This document shows, piece by piece, positions 53,101 to 64,000 of a stretch of 64,000 nt of DNA. The notes under the pieces are model-generated. The model was not told the DNA's origin and ran no database searches. It saw only the letters and a program-made list of their open reading frames with translations. The DNA is taken from the NCBI RefSeq assembly GCF_009914755.1, contig NC_060947.1, one strand, 5' to 3'. Made by a program: the position numbers and the translations under genes. This DNA is from the human T2T-CHM13v2.0 reference genome, Homo sapiens. Positions within the stretch are counted from its first letter, which is position 1. Each line of letters opens with the position of its first letter.

Positions 53101-56100
53101 TCCATTCAGGGTGGCAAGTCTCCCTGGCCCCAGACAGGTCCAACGATGCCATCCAGGAGCCAGAACATGGAGTCAGGAAGCATAGGAACCTACTTGGTGA
53201 TCTATTCTACTGTGGCTGAGCTGACACCCAAAGTGCAAGACAAAGTCCTTCCCACTCTTCCTTACCCTTTCCTCAAGCAGAAGAGTCTCTCCCTGTGGCT
53301 ACCACTGCCTCAGGCCCATGGTGAGTACTGCCTGGCTATTGCCAGTGTTCACTCAAGGCCCAAGGGTCTTTAGTCAGCTTGTGGTGAATGCTGCCAGGCC
53401 TGGGACTCTTCCTTCAGGGCAGTGGGCTCCCCTCTGGCCCAGGACAGGTCCAGAAATGCCATCCAAGAGCCGAGGCCTAGAATTTGGGACCCCAAGAACC
53501 CACTTGGTGCTCTACCCCACTGTGGCTGAGCTAGGACCTAAGCTGTAAAACAAAGTCCCTTCTACTCTTCCCTCTCCTTTTGTCAAGCAAGAGGATTCTC
53601 TCATAGCCACCACAGTTGGGAATGTACTGGGCCACACCTGAAGCCAGCACAGCTGAATCTCACACAAGGCCCGTGTTGAGTACTGCCTGGCTACCACTGC
53701 TGGTTTTTCAGGGGCCAAAGGCTCTTCAGTCAGCAGGTGATGGATTCTGTCAGGACTGGATCCTTCCCTTCAAGGCGGCAGGTTCCCTTCTGACCCAGGA
53801 TGTGTTTAGAAATGTCCTCCAGGAGCCAGGGCCTGGAATGGGAGCCTTAGGACTCTGCCTGGTACCCTATTCTACTGTGGCTGAGCTGGTATCCAAGTTG
53901 CAAGACAAAGTCCTCTTTATTCTCCCCTCGCCTCTCCTCAAGAAGAGGGAAGGAATCTCTCCTGGAGCTGTAAGCTGCACTGCTTTTGGTTGAGGGAGGG
54001 GTGATGCAAGCACTCCCTTGGCACCCCAGCTGATATATCACTAGATTACGTGCATTCCAAGCTGCTGTCTCCAAACCCAGCACAGCACCAGGACTTGCCC
54101 AGGAATTGCTGTCCTTGTGGCCTAGACTGCCTTTAAAGTTTATTTAGAACCCCAAAGCACTTTAGCCTACAGTATTAGGGCTTGCCAGAACTCAGGTTCC
54201 AACCACTGGGATGGACAGTTCCAACCACTGGCTAGCACTGGTCTAATGCTCCTTCCATGGTTGCCAGCTGAGTTCTGCCCCAGGTTGCTTTCCGCTGTGA
54301 CAGGGCAGCACTGAGTTTCAATGCAAAGTCACAATCACTGTGCTCTCCCTCCCCAAAGTGCAGATTCTCTCTGTGCCACATGGCCACTGTTGGGGGATGG
54401 GTGAGAGGTGGCATAGGTGGTTTTAAGACTGTCTTTCCTACCCTCTTCACTGCCTCTTTCCTTAATATGATGTTAAAACTAGGTACTATGATCACTCATC
54501 TGATTTTTGGTTCTTATTAAGGTGGTTTCTGTATGGATATTTGTTCAATTTGATGTTCCTGCAAGGGGAGGGGATGATCACTGAAGGCTTTCATTTGGCC
54601 ATTTTGCTCCACCTCCTCCACCTCTGTTTGTCTGTTTAATGTCATTTTAATGGGATCTTGGGAGAGAGAGGAGCTAAAACTGTTTGGTTAGTTACCTTGA
54701 TGCAGATAACTATATACTTGTTAAATTTTAAAGTTTATGGAGTTTCTGTGGATTTTTTGGAAAATATTTGTAATTAGGAGCAATTAGCTATGAACTGGAC
54801 AAACCTACATTGTTTATCCATTTATAGAAATCAAAGGATTCGTTAGAGTTAAAGCTCTGTGAAAGAGATTAGTATAAAGCATTGAAATCTAATTCTCCAT
54901 TGCTTCATGGAAAGATATCTTTAGTCCCTAATACTAAATCAAACAATGGATATGTATAAAATTGACTCTAATGAATAGGGTATTTTGCTATACTTCATTT
55001 CATTTGTTTATATTTTATCCTAATTTCTTTTTGAGTGGGTTGCTCCATTGAGATACTATACAAAATATTCATGAGACAACACTCAGCATACTTTCTTCAC
55101 TCACTTTCATGGTCACAAGCAAGAGTCAGGAATTTTCCTCTAAGAAAATGACATTTCCACAGACATCCTAATGCTGGATTCCAGTCAGTAGCCATATTGA
55201 AAAAAATTGTCTCTCAAGACATTTGTCTCTCAGTTTTACAGCCACTGAAATAGTATTGGCCTGCCATTACGTCACATAATGAATTATTTTGTATTTACCT
55301 GAAGGGAGGCCCTGGACACACCTGGACACATGGGGCACTAAAATGCCAAGCTAGCAGAGAACAGCATTGCAGCTTTGGATTTGTCTAATCTCACAGTGGC
55401 TTTGCTGGTCTCGTGTTTTTCTTGCCAGTCCTTTTATGCCCTTGGTGATTCTAGTGTTATAGTCTTTAAAATCCTGAATTTGTGTCCCAGGCCCTTTACT
55501 GTTTTTCCCAATCCTCGGGTTTGTTTCAGGCTTTTATTATGGACTAAATCCTTGCTGATTAACCTGCCTGCCCCTAAGATACCTGTATCTTAAACTCTTC
55601 TTTGAATTCAATCTGCGTACTTATAGCCTATCCTGCCTGACCTTTTCCTCTGAAGTTATTTACTGATCTCTGAGATTCACTTTCTATACTCACATTCCTG
55701 TGAGCCAGTCCTGGATTAATGGTCCACTGGCCACGTATCTACATTCATATCCTTGTTATCTACCCAAGCCCATGAGTCTATTTGGACCATTGTTTCTAGT
55801 CTTTCTTTCATTATCTGAGCCCTAGTTATAACAGTTGAACTCTAGTCTACAATGTATTTCAATATCAATGTAAACTGAATATCACTCATCTTTCCTTAAA
55901 ATTTTTCCCACTACTTAATTTTTTTATAATATTTGGAACATTTTTGCCTTCTCAGAATCAGTAGTCATCTGTTTCTTAATTTGCTTCTTATTTGTATCCT
56001 ATTCCCCTCCCCCAAGTTCTGACTGTTGCAACTCTGTTTTCACTAACTACCTCACTTTTCTCTTTCCTTCATATTTATCTAGAATGTTGTAGTCAGATGT

Positions 56101-58739
56101 GGCTTGGGGTAGTTTATGTGGTGTAAGTCTCCATTGGCAGCAGAATGGATTTCGTAGAATGCTATTAATAGTGAAATTTTGGACAAGGAGAAAAAAATCC
56201 TAGTTTAAATATATTGCTCAGGCAATCTCATTTTAGTCATAACGCTACTCTAACTTGTGCTAATCCAGCTTCATAAAGGTAAACTGCAACATCATTATCA
56301 AATATTTAAGAGCCATTTAACAATTCACAATTAAGAGGTTGTGTTTGAGCTAATGTTTTCTGAATCCAGAGCTCATTTAATTTATAAGCTACTCACAAAT
56401 GATTGCCTTTAGTGATTTCCAGGTACTATAAGTGGAAGAGTATGTTTTTCTCTTTATGTGCCAAAGCACCTTTCACTTTAGAAGCATGAGGAATTACAAA
56501 ATAAATAAGCACACACTCCCAAGGGAAGGCAGTGTCATCCAGTATATATTGTTGCCCTTCCTTTTATTCAAAGATGTCACTACTGATCTAATCCACTCTC
56601 ATGGGGAGCAAAGACTAAATCTTCAACCAGAAGTCCTTTCTATATGACATACATACAAACCATTTTTTTTATTTGTGTCTGCAGCTGCTACTTGTAGAGC
56701 CTGTCACTGGATGTATTTCTGTGTTTGACTTGTGGTCAGCTGAAAGCCTTTGCTCAAAAAGTTCAAAAATTCCATATTGTTGCATTCCAAGCTGGTCTCT
56801 GCTGCTGTTTTCCCCAGCAGCCCACAGCTATGTTAATGTTAGTTAGAGCTATTCTTTAATACACCTTTAGAGTATTTCTTATGCCACCCCTGCTTATGGT
56901 TATGCCATAAAGCTCACCATACCAAAGATGCTTTGGTTTCCTTCTGCCATTGTATTTCTACGCATGTCAGCAAGGAACAGTGATTTAATGCTGATAGAGA
57001 CCAACTGACTTCCAGAATCTCAGTAGTAGTCATCCCCTCTTACCATTTTACATTAAGCATGACTCTGACTCTGACAATAAAACAGTTCACCAAGTAGATG
57101 TGATATCTGTGGTGGGTGTAAATTTCAAAGTCATACAAAAGCTGGACCCAACTTATATTTTCCATTGATGAGGATCAATTCAGTAAGCTTTTAGTTTTTC
57201 AGCTCTGTTCTGGATGTTAGGAATCAAGCTAGACCTAGGAAACAAAAAGTCAGGGCAGGGGTCCATTTTCCCCCTTTGCATTAATAGTTTTATGTTTCTA
57301 ATAACTCATCTTTCTCCTTGATGTACATCTTAAATAGATTTCACCCTGTCCAGAGGACAAGTCCACACTGGTTCTGGACCCACAAATATACCTGCCATTG
57401 AGGAGGCATAGCTTACTACCTATGGGGGAAGAAAAAATACAATTAAGATATATAAGGCATTATTTGATAAATGTGAGGGGATCTGTTCTGCCCCAAAATG
57501 GGATCTAAGAAAAGCCAGAGATTGAACTGGTCTGTAGTACAATTTCACACTGGTGCCATTCCATGGTAATCTTCCCAAGTAAAAATACTTTTTTTATTTT
57601 CCTTTCTACTTTCTAGTTACTTGCATTGTTGGGCAGTGATTTTTAAGTCAAACTGCCTAGGAAGCAGAATTCAGTGACTGCTTTTAGCTCTATGTGATGA
57701 AAAAATGTTGGTTGTGTTTAGATTCCACATTTAGCGTTACTCCATAATTTCAGTCATCCTCTGACATATCTACAACAAGACATGGCAATCCCTGGCACTC
57801 ACATCAGAGATGTCCAAGATGCCAGTTTCATTTGGCATTTGGCCTGATTGCTGCCACCACCACCCCCACCCCACTGGTGACAGCTCCCATGGGATGCTAT
57901 GATCAATGTTGAATGTCCTTGTTTGCTTACTCCCAGGAGTTGGCACACTCTGTTCAGCAACTAGCACATACTGTGCTTCTATTGTTGTCACACTGTTTTT
58001 GAAACCTTACTACCTCCTATTGTGTAGTGCTGTCACAGCTACAAAAAAACCACAAAATTGTTTGTATGTTGTTTGTCTATGTATATTAAAGATAGATTCT
58101 AGTTCAGTGCCTTCCATATGGTAAGTACTCAATGTTTATTCAGACAACACCACCCTGAATGACCTTCTCTAGACCTTTTGTTGATAATCAAAGCATGTCG
58201 AGTTAAGGGTTCTTATGATTAAAAGTGCGTTCAATGCCATCTTTTGTAATCATTTTATATCTATGACATATCTATCATGGATATGTACCAATGAGACAAC
58301 CCTGTTTCACTCATTGGTGCCAGGATGCTTATATCTTGCTATAGTGAAATCAGAGATTTTCTTGAATGTTTCAGGGCATAAATGGTTTAATTTATTTGAA
58401 GGTCCCAGCTGATAGGTCATGGATGATGATAGTGATGGCAGTGGTTGCAATAAGAAAAATAGATTTTATATTCAACAACATGAAAGAGAAATCATTTTGA
58501 AAAATAATAGATGATTTGCTGATTTTACAGAGCCTGGTATGTACCTGCCTCCTCTTGAGGGGCATGAAGTACCAATTTCATAAATACATTAACTCTGGGA
58601 ATGATAGAAGAAAAGGTGAAAAACATTAGCTATGCAAGACCCCTATTTTACCCAGAAGAAAAAAGAGGACTTTGTTTTTTTAGTCTAAAGGTAATGAACC
58701 GATTGATAAATGAACAATACAGCTGTTTCTCAAAGTTTA

Positions 58740-58902
58740 GTTCAAGGATTGGGTGCACCCCTAGTGAGCAAGTTGAAAAGTCAGATTCTAGGGTTCCACC
58801 TCAGACTGACTTTAAATTTGGGAAGGGTAAGGCCTAGGATTCTGCATTTTGACACTCATGCCTAGTGATTCTGATGTACACTGAAGTTTGAGAACCACTG
58901 AC
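58740..58902. mobile_element. MER5A-like hAT DNA transposon
   Basis: cagattctagggttccacctcagact...ggcctaggattctgcatttt...gtgattctgatgtacactgaagtttgagaaccactg. Confidence 0.75.
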
Positions 58903-59057
58903 CTATAGGGTTCTCATTCTTCGGATCCTTTTGACTTGATTCCTGCCAATAGTGTATTGAATCCTTAGTGTACTCTCCATGATGGATCTCAAAAACTAGG
59001 CCCAATTAGAGTCAAAAAAAAATCTTGGCTTTAAGGAATGGATTGGTGATAGTCCGC

Positions 59058-60803
<1,746 letters not shown>

Positions 60804-61567
60804 ATCTAATTATTCTTTCAAGAGAGTGAGATTTATTAGGGCCTATTATGTGCCAGGCCCAGGGCTAGGCACTAGCTATACAAAAATGGATGTGTGATCC
60901 CTTCCCTAAAGAGGCTTATGAGTAATTTTCTATGAATTATCTAGTAAAATCAAGGACATTAGCCATGAAATAGAAAATGAATTAAATTTACTCTATGTCA
61001 TGGTACCAAAAAAGTACCAAATAATTTTGTGGGTTTAGATATATAAAAAATATGTTTGTAGAAGTGTCTGGAGAGTCACTAGCAATAATGGATGTATCCC
61101 TCATGTCTCACTATGAACGAACTGTTTCCAGCTGAGATCCCTGTAATTTGCAGGTGCTGTTTACCATGTAATTTTACCCTAGGAAACAAGGGTGTAATCA
61201 CTTAATAAAGTGTAAAGAATTAGATTTTTTTCCCCCTTGAGCAAAATGCCTGGCTGTGGCCAACATTCCTGATGCTTCCTCCCTTGTGCAATAGGAAAGC
61301 AATATTCTAAAAGAGAAGACTGGTTTATTCATATCCTGCAACTTGCCTCTGGAGGCTATGCTAATGAATGCAAAACTCAAGCTGGAATTCCAGATATTTT
61401 GTGTGAGCAGCCACTGATTTTTGTCTTTACCATTATACAGAGGATAGTTTTCCCTGCTACCTGTAACTGAGATGCAAAAAAGGGCCCTGTGAATAGGGAC
61501 TCTCTCATTTTAAGCAGTGTTTTTGTGTTGTTTTCTTCTTATTTTTATTGAAAAAATAGAAACCATG

Positions 61568-61923
61568 TGTATTAGTCCATTTTCATTCTGCTGATAAAGG
61601 CATACCTAAGACTGGGCAATTTAAAAAAGAAAGAAGTTTAATTGGACTTACAGTTCTCCGTGGCTGGGGAAGCCTCACAATCATGGGGGAAGGCAAGGAA
61701 GAGCAAGTCACGTCTTACATGGATGGCAGCAGGCGAAGAGAGAGAGCTTGTGCAGGGGAAGTCCTTTTTTTAAAGCCATCAGATCTCATGAAACTTATTC
61801 ACTAATTACAAGAACAGCAGGGAAAGACTTGCTCCCATGATTTAGTTGCCTCCCACCAGGTCCCTCCCACAACACATGGGAATTAATCATGAGATCTGAG
61901 TGGGGACACAGCCAAACCATGAA
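61568..61923 (-). mobile_element. THE1B-like MaLR solo LTR
   Basis: tgtattagtccattttcattctgctgataaag...gcaagtcacgtcttacatggatggcagcagg...ggggacacagccaaaccat; 5-bp flanks ccatg/ctatg. Confidence 0.9.
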
Positions 61924-62659
61924 CTATGTTCAAAGCATTTTCATATACAGGCAGGCAGTTCTCTTCTAATGAACACTTGACTTATGAATGTCCCATATTC
62001 ATCAACAACCTCTCTTGAGGGACTTTGAACTACTCTTACTACTCATGGAAGGTGGAGTTGTTTCTGCTGTCTGCAGAAGTTTGTTTCTCCCTCAACTCTC
62101 CTCTTCTGGGGGCTTGAGTTCTCACAAGCTCCTATTAGACCCTTAGAACAGTTAATACAAGAGTATCTTTTCCTAATGCCACCACTAGGATGCAGGAAGG
62201 TGCTAGGGCCCCTGCCAGAACTCCCATAGGAGCTCAGCCCATGAGGGAGCACAACAAGTATGAGGGAATCTCTGGAATTGTAGTTGGTAATGGCGGGGAG
62301 GTTCTTCATCTGCATTTCAAAATATCTTTTCCTAGAAATAGCATTGTGCTGAATAGCCTACCCTTGTAGAACTTGGGTGTATGATAGATTCACCAATCTA
62401 GACCACAGCCAGAAATCAAGCAGTAAACAAATGGTTTCTAAGCCACTAGAAAATATGCATCTTACTTATTGGAAAAGCCGTTCAAAACCACACTCATTGC
62501 CTGTTTATTCTGTTTGTACATAAGTCTTATTAGTTTTAACTAAATGTCAAGCCTATAGCAGATTATAAGCAGCAAATCTGAAAGGACTGGAAAAGATGTT
62601 ACAGGTAGGTAAAGTGAAATCTGATAGTTGATGGCAAGACAAAAGATAAAATAACATTA

Positions 62660-63420
62660 AAAAGAAGTTTAAGCACTCAAAAACCAATCACAATGAAACA
62701 GTACTTCACATCCACCAGAATGGTGGATTGATTAAAAATACTGACAGTACCAACCGTTGGTGAAGATGCAGAGCACTGGGACCCTTTATGTTGTTGGTGG
62801 GCATTTAAAATGGTAGTCACTCTGGAAAATAGTTTGGCAGTTTCTTACAACAAATACCATATAACCCAGAGGTTCTACTCCTAGGTGTTTACCCAAGAAA
62901 CATGAAAATATAGGTCTACACAAAGACTTGTACATGAATGTTAATATTAGCTTTATTTATAATAGCCCCAAACTAGGAAAAACCCAAATGTCTATCAATG
63001 GGAGAATTCATAGAAAAAATGTGATAGAGCCATACAGTGAAATACTGCTACTCAGCACTAAAAAGGAATGAACTAGTGATACATGCAACAACATGAATGA
63101 ATCTCACTGACAGTATGTTGAGTGAAAATTCATATTCATTCGTACATATGAAAAATTGTAATGGATGATTGTAATCTAGAACAGGAAAAATTAGCTATTG
63201 TGATAGAAATCAGAACAGTAGTTGTCTCAGGGTCAGGGGTACTGGAGAATGACTGAAGGGCACAAGAGAAAATTTTAGGGGGTGATGGAAATCTTGATTT
63301 GTCTTGAGTTTGGTGGTAGTTACAAAAGCGTGTATATTTATCAAATCTCTTCAACCCGTATGCTTAAAATTTGTGCATTTTATTGCATCTAAATTATATA
63401 TCAAATTTTTATAAAGTACA
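62660..63420 (+). mobile_element. Old L1 (L1ME-like) 3' end
   Basis: ctggaaaatagtttggcagtttctta...ctactcctaggtgtttacccaagaaa...gtgatagaaatcagaacagtagttg. Confidence 0.8.
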
Positions 63421-63439
63421 AAAATTTCAAAAGGGAAAA

Positions 63440-63830
63440 AATCCTTCAGAAGATCCCCCTGCTGCAGGATCTAAGTCTAAATTCCTCAACATGATCTGGC
63501 TCTTACTTAATACTCCTTGGCTTATTTCTCACCATTCCCTCTCACCTCCTACCACTTATTCTAAGCTACTTATAGTTCCAAAAGTTGTTATTCTTTCTTT
63601 TTCCTCTGAACCTTTAAGCACAGCACTCCTTTTTCCTGGAATTCCTTTTCCATTTTCCATTTATCACTAAATCATTGACATCCTTTAGGACTCACAGAAG
63701 TAGCACACCTCCTCCAAGACGACTTGTTCACTTTCAGGTTGTGTTAGGTGCTTCCCCTCTTGCTCCCAGAGAACTTGAAGCTCCTCTCCATCAAAGCATG
63801 TATTGCTCTATAATGTAATTGTAATAATTA
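63440..63830 (+). mobile_element. L2 fragment
   Basis: aggatctaagtctaaattcctcaacatg...cctctgaacctttaagcacagc...cctggaattcc...tcctttaggactca. Confidence 0.55.
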
Positions 63831-64000
63831 AAAAACCCTCAAACCCATAGTGGACTGAGGTCATTTAATGTACAGGCAAATAGTCCTCCACATATTCAGT
63901 AAGCCCTGAATTAAATCACATATTATAAACTAATTTCTTTTTTATTGCATTATACTAGGCCCTATCATATACTTTAATATTCATAAACACTGAAGTAAAT

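Larger units (their letters stand above)
43962..54632 (-). mobile_element. Full-length L1MA (L1MA2/3-like, ~7.7 kb excluding nested inserts) with long repetitive 5'UTR and decayed ORF1/ORF2
   Basis: 14-bp TSD tgtttaatgtcatt at 43948-43961 and 54633-54646; 5' end gaggtggagcaaaatggcc; ORF1 coiled coil EILELKNAIGILKNASESLTSRIDQAE; ORF2 start MAGVNLYLSIITLSVNGL at 51164. Confidence 0.9.

Noticed and set aside
52900-54000. Three ~310-350-bp degenerate tandem units (ctcaaggcccaaggg..., actgtggctgagctg...caaagtcc)
   Set aside because: Internal repeats expected in L1MA-type 5'UTRs; not a CRISPR-like or novel array

Overview
Primate genomic DNA, very probably human or great ape (AluY, L1PA2-like and THE1B elements). 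It is AT-rich, intronic or intergenic, and more than half interspersed repeats: L1 of many ages, Alu/FLAM, MIR, L2, CR1/L3, MaLR LTRs, Tigger1 and MER DNA transposons. I recognise no functional protein-coding exon; nearly all ORFs in the track are repeat-derived or chance. The one gene-derived feature is a full-length processed pseudogene of CNOT7/CAF1a (44822-47608, minus). It sits with TSDs inside a full-length L1MA element and has a collinear 286-codon frame broken by a single nonsense codon. I cannot support a new gene system here. The unusual signal is mutational. First, there is a series of locally templated insertion and fold-back scars: a 178-bp inverted copy inside an LTR, a ~210-bp palindrome inside a MIR, a micro-inversion that removed a Tigger1 end, a 69-bp CNOT7 5'UTR copy inside its own 3'UTR next to a perfect snap-back palindrome, and several micro-hairpins. 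Second, there are non-canonical retrotransposition products: a tailless L1 with TSDs, an L1 3' transduction, a ~36-bp polyA micro-insert, and an Alu with extra post-tail bases. Subfamily names come from remembered consensus motifs. Boundaries are approximate unless TSDs are cited.
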